A stretch of DNA of 54,602 nucleotides, taken from Nanobdellota archaeon. Its GTDB lineage: Archaea > Nanobdellota > Nanobdellia > Woesearchaeales > SM23-78. A model generated the notes under the pieces. That model was not told the DNA's origin, did no database searches, and was given only the letters and a program-made list of their open reading frames with translations. The stretch lies in assembly GCA_018819305.1 (NCBI GenBank), contig JAHJQO010000044.1, positions 1-54,602 on the forward strand, in the 5' to 3' direction. Numbering within the stretch: position 1 is the stretch's first letter; each line of letters begins with the position of its first letter. This document shows, in pieces, positions 34,622 to 43,250 of the stretch. The translations under genes and the position numbers were made by a program.

Positions 34622-37600
34622 TTATTTAAATCTTTTCTTATCTTTTTTAAACAATTGCAAATCTTCTTCTCCGCTCATCTTGCTATGAATGGGAACTGTA
34701 AAGTAAAATGTGGATCCTCTGCCAATAGTTGAAGTAACCCATAACTTGCCGCCCATGGCCTCAACAATTCCTTTACAGATAGCCAAGCCAAGTCCTGTTC
34801 CGCCAACCTTTCTTGTATAAGATGAGTCAACCTGATAAAATCTCCTGAAAATTTTGTTCAGGCTATTCTTTGGAATGCCTGTACCTGTGTCTTTGACAGA
34901 AAACATAACCTTGCTTCCTTTACGTGACGCAGAAACAATTATCCTGCTGCCTTTTTTAGGCGAATAATTAATAGCATTATTCACAAGATTAGCCAAAACT
35001 TGTATAAGCCTGCTCTTATCAGCATTAATGATATTTGGAACATTAGAAGCAGCATCAGCTTTGAGCACAAGGCCTTTTTTGCTGGCAGCAATATATAACT
35101 CCTTGACAAGAGACTTCAGCGCATCTCGCACATTTATCTCTTCAAACATGAACTTCATAGTGCCAAGGTCAAGCCTTGACAAATCAAGAATATCATTGAT
35201 AAGCTTTTTCAGCCTGTCTGCATCCTCCATAATAATACTCAGATAATATTCCCTTTGCTTTTTGTTCTCAAGAATCTTCTTGTTCTGCAGCAGACTTGCA
35301 AAGCCATGAATAGAAGTAAGAGGGGTCTTAAGTTCATGAGCAGTGACAGAGATGAACTCAGTCTTGGTCTTGTCCATTTTCTGAAGCTCAATGTTAGTTT
35401 TTTTAATGTCCTGGTTGATTTTCAAAATCTCTTTTTGGGATTTCTCAAGCTCTTCCTTGGAAAGATTAACATCCTCAAGAATGTTCAGGATAGCTGTTCG
35501 AGTGTCTTCAAGCTCGCTGATTTTCTTATTCAGTTCTTTGGTTCTTTGTTCAACCCTATGCTCAAGTTCATGAGTCAGTTTCTCAAGTTCATTGGTTCTC
35601 TGCTTAACAGTTTTCTCAAGATTGATATTAATAACATTTATTTCTTTTGTCTTAAGTAATACTTCTTTTCTTAAGTTTTTTGTCAGTAAAACTACAGCGA
35701 TTAACCCAACAATAATAATTGATATAATTGATACAAATGTAAATAACCACATATTCACTACAGTTTTTGATACTTCAGAAATAAATTCTTCTTCTTCAAT
35801 CTCTACCAATAAGCACCACTGCATTTCAGGGATATAAACATGAGTTCTAAAAACAGGCACCCCTCTGTAATCAGAAAAAACAGACACAGCATCATGATCT
35901 ATATGCTCTCCCGGGTGAGTCTCCATTGAAAGACAATTTCTTGAATTAATTGTGTCAACTTTCTGCTTTAATAACGCATCTTCTATAAATCTTGAATGTG
36001 AAATTATATAGCTTTCCTTATTTATCAAATAACTCACTACTGTTTCTCCTAAACCAGAAGCGTCTTGCATAATATTAGTTATACTCCTTCCCTCGAACGC
36101 TGCAACCACCACGCCTATTAATTCTCCATCTAAAATTAATGGTCCTGAAACATGAATTACTGGCTCACTTTTCTCAACAACAAATTCAGAAATATAAGCC
36201 CTTTTTTTTCCATTTATAAAAAAATCATTATCAGATACATCTTTCCCTTCAAAATCACTCTCAGTAGAAGATATAACCTGTCCATCCAAACCTACAATAC
36301 TAATTCTTTTAATATCAGACTCAGCAATCAAAACCTCTTTTATATTATTTCTTATATCCTCTTTATATGCCTCATCACCAGTATCAAGATAATTTTTTAA
36401 ATGAATACGCAGCCCTAATTTACTTGTAAGCAGATTAGACCTTTCTTCGTAAGATTCAAGAATTGCTCCAATATGATTTGCTTTTGACACAGCCACAGCA
36501 GTCAAAGAATTATACATAGACTTCTGTGCTTGTGCTTTCATATTCTCTGATGTAAAATATGCATTCAACAAAAATATTCCGATAAGCAACACAGCAAATA
36601 TGGTTAGTATGATTAATGCAGTGGTTGTTTTTTGCTTTAAAAAACCAAACTTAAATAAAGCCCCTGCAAAGAGACCTGCCATAATTATGGGAAAAATTAG
36701 CGGGATAATTGGGTTTCTGGCATTAAACACAAGTGTGGATAATGCGTGTGGAATAACCATTAGTGCTGACAACAGAAAAGCCAAAATAAAGAATTTCAGT
36801 TTTTTATCTTTTCTTGCAATATGCCCTATTAACAAAACAGCAAAAGAAATCACAACATACACGACAAGCACCAGTAATGCCACTGGAAACAAAATTCCCT
36901 GATTAAGCGCAATAGTGCCATATTTTGCCATGACATCAGGATTAATAATTGCTTCTTTGACAAACAGTTTTGTAAACATGACCAGCACAGCAACAACAAG
37001 GCTGACAAGATAAATCACCAACAAAACAGGTTTTTTGATTTCATGCTTTGCAACAGCAAACGCAGAAAGCATATAGTAAAAAACAAAAAGATAAACAAAG
37101 ACAATAACAAGACGCATTAAATAAAGGGATGTGCTTAAATTAAAAACATGCAATCTGACAACATAAGTCACAAGAAGAAGCATTGCAGAGACAATAAACA
37201 TAATGAAATTGAATTTTAAAGACTTGTTTGATTCCTCTTTTTTAATAGAAAACAAACAGAACAAATAAATTAAAAGACCAACAACTGCAATAATTAAATA
37301 AATATAATTTAGGTTAAAAAGTTCTTTTTCTTTTTCCTCTTCTTTAGAAAAGATTGATTTTTCTTCATATTCATCAAGATAAGTAGTAGCAGCAATATGC
37401 AGACCAACATCATCCGCAGTTTTTGCATTCACAATAGCAATATACATGTACTTCTGTTTTATGCTTCCATCAGCCTCTTCCCAATCATAAACACCGTCAG
37501 CTTCAACACCGCCCTTAGTTCTGGACATAACACCCCAAAAACCAGGAAGTTTTTCAGCCAGATTACTTAAGTCAACATCTACAATAGCAGGGTTCTTATG

Positions 37601-37888
37601 AAACCGGCATGTCAAAGTTTCATAATCAGTTATTGCAGTGTAACCTGTCTTGCCAACAGGCTGAACAGCAATCTCCTGAAAGTAAGCATCATCCTGCAAA
37701 TCTTTCAAAGTCTTATCAGGGTAAGAGTGCAAATAAATTTCAATCTGCCTAGCAACATCAATTGCTTTCTGCTTGATAGAATCCTCTGCAAAGGTTGATT
37801 TCTGCTCCTGAGCCATTACAGGAATAGATGAAAATAGGAACATAACTAAAAATAGAAATACAAAACACCTCTTTTTTGCTAATTTCAT
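34622..37888 (-). CDS. Multi-TM sensor histidine kinase with extracytoplasmic Cache-like domains
   Basis: Signal peptide, then a periplasmic-type domain (GYTAITDYETL...GVYDWEEADGSIKQKYMYI), then about 7 TM helices, a second sensor domain and a further TM. H-box FISVTAHELKTPL, N-box LVNNAINYS, G-boxes DTGTGI and GTGLGLAICKGIVE. Confidence 0.9.
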   Translation of the reverse strand: MKLAKKRCFVFLFLVMFLFSSIPVMAQEQKSTFAEDSIKQKAIDVARQIEIYLHSYPDKTLKDLQDDAYFQEIAVQPVGKTGYTAITDYETLTCRFHKNPAIVDVDLSNLAEKLPGFWGVMSRTKGGVEADGVYDWEEADGSIKQKYMYIAIVNAKTADDVGLHIAATTYLDEYEEKSIFSKEEEKEKELFNLNYIYLIIAVVGLLIYLFCLFSIKKEESNKSLKFNFIMFIVSAMLLLVTYVVRLHVFNLSTSLYLMRLVIVFVYLFVFYYMLSAFAVAKHEIKKPVLLVIYLVSLVVAVLVMFTKLFVKEAIINPDVMAKYGTIALNQGILFPVALLVLVVYVVISFAVLLIGHIARKDKKLKFFILAFLLSALMVIPHALSTLVFNARNPIIPLIFPIIMAGLFAGALFKFGFLKQKTTTALIILTIFAVLLIGIFLLNAYFTSENMKAQAQKSMYNSLTAVAVSKANHIGAILESYEERSNLLTSKLGLRIHLKNYLDTGDEAYKEDIRNNIKEVLIAESDIKRISIVGLDGQVISSTESDFEGKDVSDNDFFINGKKRAYISEFVVEKSEPVIHVSGPLILDGELIGVVVAAFEGRSITNIMQDASGLGETVVSYLINKESYIISHSRFIEDALLKQKVDTINSRNCLSMETHPGEHIDHDAVSVFSDYRGVPVFRTHVYIPEMQWCLLVEIEEEEFISEVSKTVVNMWLFTFVSIISIIIVGLIAVVLLTKNLRKEVLLKTKEINVININLEKTVKQRTNELEKLTHELEHRVEQRTKELNKKISELEDTRTAILNILEDVNLSKEELEKSQKEILKINQDIKKTNIELQKMDKTKTEFISVTAHELKTPLTSIHGFASLLQNKKILENKKQREYYLSIIMEDADRLKKLINDILDLSRLDLGTMKFMFEEINVRDALKSLVKELYIAASKKGLVLKADAASNVPNIINADKSRLIQVLANLVNNAINYSPKKGSRIIVSASRKGSKVMFSVKDTGTGIPKNSLNKIFRRFYQVDSSYTRKVGGTGLGLAICKGIVEAMGGKLWVTSTIGRGSTFYFTVPIHSKMSGEEDLQLFKKDKKRFK

Positions 37889-37921
37889 TTTTTATACAAA
37901 ACAGTTCCTTTTTCTTTAAAT

Positions 37922-38488
37922 TCAAAACAAGACCACATTATTCCTTAATATCTCCTTAATAAGAGGGTCTTTCTTCTTTAAATCCTTTTTATTAAAATAA
38001 TGTGTTTCTATATTTTTACTATATTTTTTTTCAATTTTGTGAATTGCCTGATTAACTAATTTCTTTAATTTACTGCTTTCTTGGTCAAAAAAAATAGCAA
38101 TATCCACGTCAGATTTATCAGTATATATCAGTTTGGCATAGGAGCCAAAAAGATAAGCTTTATGTATTCCTTGTATTTGGGATAAAGATGCACTTGAATC
38201 TATCAATGCAAAGTATACCTTTAATGGAACTTCCTTGAATCTTATGTGTTCACTTTTTATTATTCTTAAAATTTCATTAGCATGCTTATACTCAAAATTC
38301 ATAGAGTATAATCTTTTTTCTTGTTTTAATATTCCTGTCTTAACCAGCGTGCTTAATGCCTTATCTAAAGGAACATTATTTATTATAAGCTTATCCTTAA
38401 TCTCTTTTCTTTGAAATTTAGAACCTGAGCTAATGGAAACCAAGGTTAAAATTTTTACTATGTTCTTATCAAAAATTGCGGTTATCAT
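37922..38488 (-). CDS. wHTH + minimal nucleotidyltransferase (MNT-type antitoxin-like)
   Basis: YLFGSYAKLIYTDKSDVDIAIFF (GS...DxD) after an N-terminal winged-helix-like segment. It overlaps the HEPN gene by 4 nt. Confidence 0.8.
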   Translation of the reverse strand: MITAIFDKNIVKILTLVSISSGSKFQRKEIKDKLIINNVPLDKALSTLVKTGILKQEKRLYSMNFEYKHANEILRIIKSEHIRFKEVPLKVYFALIDSSASLSQIQGIHKAYLFGSYAKLIYTDKSDVDIAIFFDQESSKLKKLVNQAIHKIEKKYSKNIETHYFNKKDLKKKDPLIKEILRNNVVLF

Positions 38489-38967
38489 TTTTCCATAATT
38501 TTTCTTATTTTCTCCAGATAAATATCTGCATCACTCATAAATTCCTTTGCCATCCGCTCATATTTTTTTCTAATGAAATCTGTTCCTGTATAATATTGTA
38601 CCTTCACTCTTTCCTTCTTCGCATCGCTTAATTCATTTGCCAAATTCTTAAATTGTTCATAGCCTGCCTCTATCAACTTCAAGGTTTCCTTATCCTTAAT
38701 TAGCTCTCTAAGAACCTTGATTGTTGTTGCATGTACTTCTTGTTCTATTTTTAATCTATAAACCTTAGCAATCAGTAATTTGGAAATATCATGCATAGCA
38801 TAGTATCCTGAGATTATGCTCCATCTGGGAAATTCATTAACATTGGCTTTTGCATGCATAAGGTTATCTTTATAAGAATTAGTGAAAAAATCAGTATATC
38901 TTTCTAGCTCTGTCTCTTTAATCCTGCTAATTTTGTGTTCTCTGAACAAAATATCAAGTTTTACCAT
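38485..38967 (-). CDS. HEPN-domain protein (toxin-like partner of the MNT)
   Basis: WSIISGYYAMHDISKLLI....VHATTIKVL matches the HEPN helix pattern, and there is a C-terminal R-x-x-x-Q-Y-Y. Adjacent to a nucleotidyltransferase gene. Confidence 0.7.
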   Translation of the reverse strand: MVKLDILFREHKISRIKETELERYTDFFTNSYKDNLMHAKANVNEFPRWSIISGYYAMHDISKLLIAKVYRLKIEQEVHATTIKVLRELIKDKETLKLIEAGYEQFKNLANELSDAKKERVKVQYYTGTDFIRKKYERMAKEFMSDADIYLEKIRKIMEK

Positions 38968-39038
38968 TTTATTGGTACTAAATCGTTTTTATTTAAATAT
39001 TTTACCATTTTATTGGTAATTATAACACCAATCAATTT

Positions 39039-39095
39039 TCACTTCTTTCCCAACTGCTTTTCCAGCTCAGCAATCTTCTTTTTCAGCTCAACCAT
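39039..39095 (-). pseudogene. Copy D of a decayed sensor-gene 3' end (MVELKKKIAELEKQLGKK*)
   Basis: The minus-strand translation matches the C-terminus of the PAS protein and copies B and C. The upstream continuation (39096-39197) is interrupted by stop codons. Confidence 0.7.
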
Positions 39096-39197
39096 CCTCT
39101 TTTTTAACTCTTTAAGTCTTTTTTAGTCTTCTTCTCTAACTCAACAGCATTATTTATCTTAATTTATTCATCTCGTCTGGCTTCTCAAACTTATTCA

Positions 39198-40403
39198 TCA
39201 AACCTGCTTACTTATTGAAAATATGGGCCTGAATCTGACCTTGTTTTTTCTTCCAGATATTTGTTCGGAAACAATCAACGCGTCCTCAGGCTTATATTTA
39301 TTAAGGAAACTAAGGAATGACTTGGTGAATCTTGGATTTTTCAATCCAGATTTGACTTCAATTGGAAAAATGCCTGATTCTTTTTCAAGTACAAAATCTA
39401 CTTCTGCCTTGGACTTTGTCCTCCAGTATTTTAATTCATGCCCTTTCTTAGCAATCTCAGAAGCAGCAAAGTTCTCATACAGCGCACCTTTATCCTGCCT
39501 GTTCTTGATGGGCACAAAGTTCTTTAAGACTGTGTTCCTGAATCCATTATCTAAAAAAAATATTTTAGGAGCTTTTACAAGCTCTGTTCTTTTATTGGTG
39601 TAATAAGGCGTGCTTCTCAAACACACAAATGTTTTTTCAAGTATGTTCATATACTCTAATAAGTCATTATGCTTAAAGCCAGTGATGTCTGACAGCTCGT
39701 TATAATTTATGATATTTCCAACCTGCAGGGCAAGGGCTTTTATTAATTTGCTTAGCTTGTAATCATCTGGAAGGTTCAGGATTTCTTTGATTTCCTTCAG
39801 AAAGTAGGTATTATAGATGTTTCTTAGCACTGTTTGCTTTTCTTTTTTGTCTTTGCTCAGCACGATTCGAGGATAGCCTCCAAATATGCAGAATTCGTTA
39901 AAATGAGGCAGGATTTTTTGTATTATCTGAGGGGTTAGCTTTCTTTTCAGGTAGATGTCCTTATATATTGCTGGTTCCTTATAACTAAGGTATTCTTCAA
40001 ATGAGAATGGGTACAAATTAAATACAAATATTCTTCCAACCAGGTGTTTTATGCTTTGTATTGACAAGGCACTCGCAGATGAGCCAGAGATTATAAGCTT
40101 GGTTTTGTAGTTATCATAGATGTATTTCAGGTTTTTTCCGCCTTTAGTTGCGTATTGGAACTCGTCAATGAACAGGTAGTTATATTTCTTAACATACAGG
40201 TCTATGAATGATTTAATGTCATGGTTGAATAATTCAAGGGTTTCCCTGTCTTCAAAATCCAGAAAGAGCGCGTTTTTAAGGTTTTTGAATATGTGTTTCA
40301 GCAAGGTGGTTTTTCCGCACTGTCTTGCTCCTATAACTGCGACTATCTCTTTCTTGTTAAGATACTTTTTCAAGTCTTTTTCCAAAAACCTATTTATATA
40401 CAT
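39198..40403 (-). CDS. AAA+ ATPase of the COG1373 / DUF4143 type
   Basis: Walker A GARQCGKTTLL and Walker B YLFIDEFQY. The C-terminal third (..YENFAASEI...KYWRTKSKAEVDFVL) is typical of the DUF4143/restriction-fold tail. Confidence 0.8.
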   Translation of the reverse strand: MYINRFLEKDLKKYLNKKEIVAVIGARQCGKTTLLKHIFKNLKNALFLDFEDRETLELFNHDIKSFIDLYVKKYNYLFIDEFQYATKGGKNLKYIYDNYKTKLIISGSSASALSIQSIKHLVGRIFVFNLYPFSFEEYLSYKEPAIYKDIYLKRKLTPQIIQKILPHFNEFCIFGGYPRIVLSKDKKEKQTVLRNIYNTYFLKEIKEILNLPDDYKLSKLIKALALQVGNIINYNELSDITGFKHNDLLEYMNILEKTFVCLRSTPYYTNKRTELVKAPKIFFLDNGFRNTVLKNFVPIKNRQDKGALYENFAASEIAKKGHELKYWRTKSKAEVDFVLEKESGIFPIEVKSGLKNPRFTKSFLSFLNKYKPEDALIVSEQISGRKNKVRFRPIFSISKQV

Positions 40404-40486
40404 TTTAACCCTGCTAAAATTCCAATAACATAAATAATAGTTAGTTTGTTTATAAAGCTTTCGTTAAATCAGCTAAATTTATTTTT

Positions 40487-40537
40487 TCACTTCTTTTTCA
40501 ACTGCTTTTCCAACTCAGCAATATTCTTCTTCAACTC
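40487..40537 (-). pseudogene. Copy C of the decayed sensor-gene 3' end (ELKKNIAELEKQLKKK*)
   Basis: It directly abuts the TAA stop of the HEPN gene (40538-40540) and is in frame with it. Copy C (40487-40537) plus the adjoining promoter-like tract 40449-40486 closely matches 41726-41820 at the DNA level. Confidence 0.7.
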
Positions 40538-41104
40538 TTATTCTTCCAGCACTCCCCTGACCTTATTAATGAATTCTGCTGTCTGCTTCTGCATATTTTT
40601 TGCCTGTAACAATTCAAAAGATTTGTCTGCGCCGTAGCACGCTTCCTCCCTTAACTTCTTTGAATCAATTATTGTGTCAATATCTTCTTTTTCAAGATGC
40701 ATCTTTTCAATTATGAACTCTATCTCCTTTTTTTCAAGTATATTGTCTTTATGATAATAAAATAGTATGAGTGTAGTTATTGTTGCAAGATGATTCTTTG
40801 ATTCATAACCTAATCTGGATATTAAAGCGAGCGAAGCATGATAAATAGAATAATAAAATATTGTGACGCACCAATCATAAAACGACTTTCCTTTTAGCTT
40901 CTCTTTTATAGAATGCTCGTGTTCTTGCAATATAAAATTCGCAAATTCCAGGTTGTGCAGTGCTTTGTTAAGATGCCTGCCAAATAATTCAGGCTCAATC
41001 TTGTTTATAACATTTATACTGATGAAATGTTTGAATATGTTCTCACAGTAATTCTTGTTCCCGATCAGTCTCTGGATGTCAATTTTCACTTCAGAAACCT
41101 CCAT
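40538..41104 (-). CDS. HEPN-domain protein
   Basis: HLNKALHNLEFANFIL...DWCVTIFYYSIYHASLALISRLGYESKNH and C-terminal LREEACYG fit the HEPN pattern. It overlaps the upstream MNT gene by 19 nt. Confidence 0.7.
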   Translation of the reverse strand: MEVSEVKIDIQRLIGNKNYCENIFKHFISINVINKIEPELFGRHLNKALHNLEFANFILQEHEHSIKEKLKGKSFYDWCVTIFYYSIYHASLALISRLGYESKNHLATITTLILFYYHKDNILEKKEIEFIIEKMHLEKEDIDTIIDSKKLREEACYGADKSFELLQAKNMQKQTAEFINKVRGVLEE

Positions 41105-41679
41105 AATAAAGAATAGTATAACTCCACGCCAGACATAATTATTACTTGGCGCCTTATTTCTTTTGAAAAATCATGCTCTTTGTCCAAAAAATTGGTTTCA
41201 AAATTCTTATAATCCAAATATATGGGACTGAGCAGAGTATTGGTTCTCATACTAATTTTTTTTGCAGAATTCTTTATTTGTTTTTCATCTTCCACTTTTT
41301 GAAACACTAATAGGATGTCTATATCAGAAACAGATGTGTAGCTGCCTTTTGCATAAGAACCGAATATTAATGTTAATAATGGTTTTACATCAAGATCATT
41401 TATTAAGTCCTGGACTGCGTATTGCACCTTTTTTGGCAGGGAAAGAAATTTCTCAGTGTTTACCTGTTTTAAGTATGCTGTTGTTTTCTGACCTTGTTTT
41501 AGCATAACCTTTACTAAGTTGCCGTCTTTTTGTTTCATGACAACACCTTCTTTTTCAAGAATGCTTACATTCCTCACTATGTTTGGAAGCCCTGTTTTTA
41601 CCTGTCTTGACAATTCTCTAAGATGTACGCCTCTCTTATGCTCGTCCAGCACCGTTATCAGTTTTAGCTTAGTATTCAT
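41086..41679 (-). CDS. wHTH + minimal nucleotidyltransferase (MNT-type)
   Basis: LIFGSYAKGSYTSVSDIDILLVF (GS...DxD). N-terminal HLRELSRQVKTGLPNIVRNVSILEKEGVV is winged-helix-like. Confidence 0.8.
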   Translation of the reverse strand: MNTKLKLITVLDEHKRGVHLRELSRQVKTGLPNIVRNVSILEKEGVVMKQKDGNLVKVMLKQGQKTTAYLKQVNTEKFLSLPKKVQYAVQDLINDLDVKPLLTLIFGSYAKGSYTSVSDIDILLVFQKVEDEKQIKNSAKKISMRTNTLLSPIYLDYKNFETNFLDKEHDFSKEIRRQVIIMSGVELYYSLLWRFLK

Positions 41680-41755
41680 TTTGATATCTTTTTGTTATCG
41701 ATTGATAAGTTTATGTTATCAGTACTTTATAAAGCTTTTGTTAAATTAGCTAAAT

Positions 41756-41873
41756 TTATTGTTTTTGTTTACTTTCCAACTGCTTTTCCAACTCAGCAAT
41801 CTTCTTCTTCAACTCAACCATTCGAAGCTCTCTGCCAACAGACATCTTCTGGAATTTCTCAAGCTCATCAACC
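41756..41873 (-). pseudogene. Copy B of the decayed sensor-gene 3' end (VDELEKFQKMSVGRELRMVELKKKIAELEKQLESKQKQ*)
   Basis: The minus-strand translation aligns with the last 35 or so residues of the PAS protein (ERFQKMAVGRELVMVELKKKIKELEEKLISS*). It begins exactly where the ATPase gene stops (TGA at 41868-41870). Confidence 0.75.
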
Positions 41874-43148
41874 TTGAAGTAACCATAACCACAATGGCTT
41901 AAATATTATTTTCTTATTATCAAATTCCTCCTCACCAGAGAAATCATCTGTTATTATTAACCCTTTTTTTATTTTAAACGCATTCATTGCTTTAAGCAAG
42001 GCTTTTATTTCTCTTTTTTTAACATCTTGGTTATTAAGGTTATAACAAACCTGAATTAGTTCTTTAATCTTCAACCCTTTCTTTATCACAAAGTCTACTT
42101 CTTCCTGCTGCTTTGATTTCCAATAATAAATCTCATTATTCTTCCTTTTTAATTCGAGAAAAACAAGATTCTCGTATAATTTTCCAAGATTTGAACTAAA
42201 TTGAAAGGCGATGATATTTGCTAAACCAACATCAGCACAATAAATTTTTCTTGGATATTGTAAGTGGTCTTTTATTTTATAAGAGAAAATTGGAACCTGA
42301 GTTATAAGAAATGCATTTTCTATATAATTTAAGTAGGATGTTACTGTAGTAGGTGATAAACTAACCAAAGATGCTAATCTTTTGTAGCTATGTAAAGATG
42401 ATATGTTTGAAAGAATGTACCTTGCTAAATCTTTTACTTTCCTTTCTTCCAGGTTATATCTTGCAATAATATCCTTATCAATAATGTTATTATAATACTC
42501 TACTAAAATTCTATGCTTCTCTTTTTCCAGCACCACTTCCGGAAAGCCCCCATACATAAGATATTCTTTTAATAAAGCCTTGATTTTTGCTTTCTGCCTT
42601 TTTGTAATAAACTTTAAGTTGTAATCAAATTTTTTAAAGCTTAAAAATTCTTTAAAACTCAGCGGAGTAATCAAGAAGCTTAACTGCCTTCCAGTCAATA
42701 AAGAAGCATAATCTGATAATAGCAGAGATGAGGAAGAACCTGAAATGAATATCTGTTTAAATTTTTTTAAATCATATTGGGTTTTAACCCAGAATTCCCA
42801 CTTATTTCTATGTTGAATTTCATCTATGAATAAATAAATTCCTCCCTCTGGAAAAACATTTTCAAAATATGACTCAATTATTTTATCAAAATCTGCTTCT
42901 AACAAAGCCTCATCTTCCATATTTATAAATAGTATATTCTCTGGCTTTGCTTTGGTTAAGAGTTTCTCAATTATTTGATATAAAATAGTAGATTTACCGC
43001 TTCTTCTGATACCTGCAAGAGTTTTTATTTGTTTCAGGGAAAGTAAATTAGTTATTTCTTTGGTTTTTTCTCTATTAATTCCAGATAAGTCCTTAATATT
43101 CCCTTTGGCCCACCAAATGTTCCATTCTTTCAGGTTTTCAAATACCAT
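41868..43148 (-). CDS. AAA+ ATPase of the COG1373 / DUF4143 type (second copy)
   Basis: Walker A GIRRSGKSTILYQI and Walker B YLFIDEIQH. The C-terminal ..YENLVFLEL...YYWKSKQQEEVDFVI parallels the 39198-40403 protein. Confidence 0.8.
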   Translation of the reverse strand: MVFENLKEWNIWWAKGNIKDLSGINREKTKEITNLLSLKQIKTLAGIRRSGKSTILYQIIEKLLTKAKPENILFINMEDEALLEADFDKIIESYFENVFPEGGIYLFIDEIQHRNKWEFWVKTQYDLKKFKQIFISGSSSSLLLSDYASLLTGRQLSFLITPLSFKEFLSFKKFDYNLKFITKRQKAKIKALLKEYLMYGGFPEVVLEKEKHRILVEYYNNIIDKDIIARYNLEERKVKDLARYILSNISSLHSYKRLASLVSLSPTTVTSYLNYIENAFLITQVPIFSYKIKDHLQYPRKIYCADVGLANIIAFQFSSNLGKLYENLVFLELKRKNNEIYYWKSKQQEEVDFVIKKGLKIKELIQVCYNLNNQDVKKREIKALLKAMNAFKIKKGLIITDDFSGEEEFDNKKIIFKPLWLWLLQG

Positions 43149-43250
43149 CTTTGAGAGTTATTCACACCCATTTATAAAAGTTTCCATCAAATTGGACTAT
43201 TTTGATTGAAATCATCCATTCAACTGGACGATTTATTAGGTTCCTACTTA

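Noticed and set aside
38935-41877. Plus-strand ORFs 38935-39126, 40446-40637 and 41692-41877, all with similar F/S/L-rich products.
   Set aside because: They are the antisense reading of the repeated coiled-coil 3'-end fragments (copies D, C and B). The similarity between them is explained by the minus-strand repeats.
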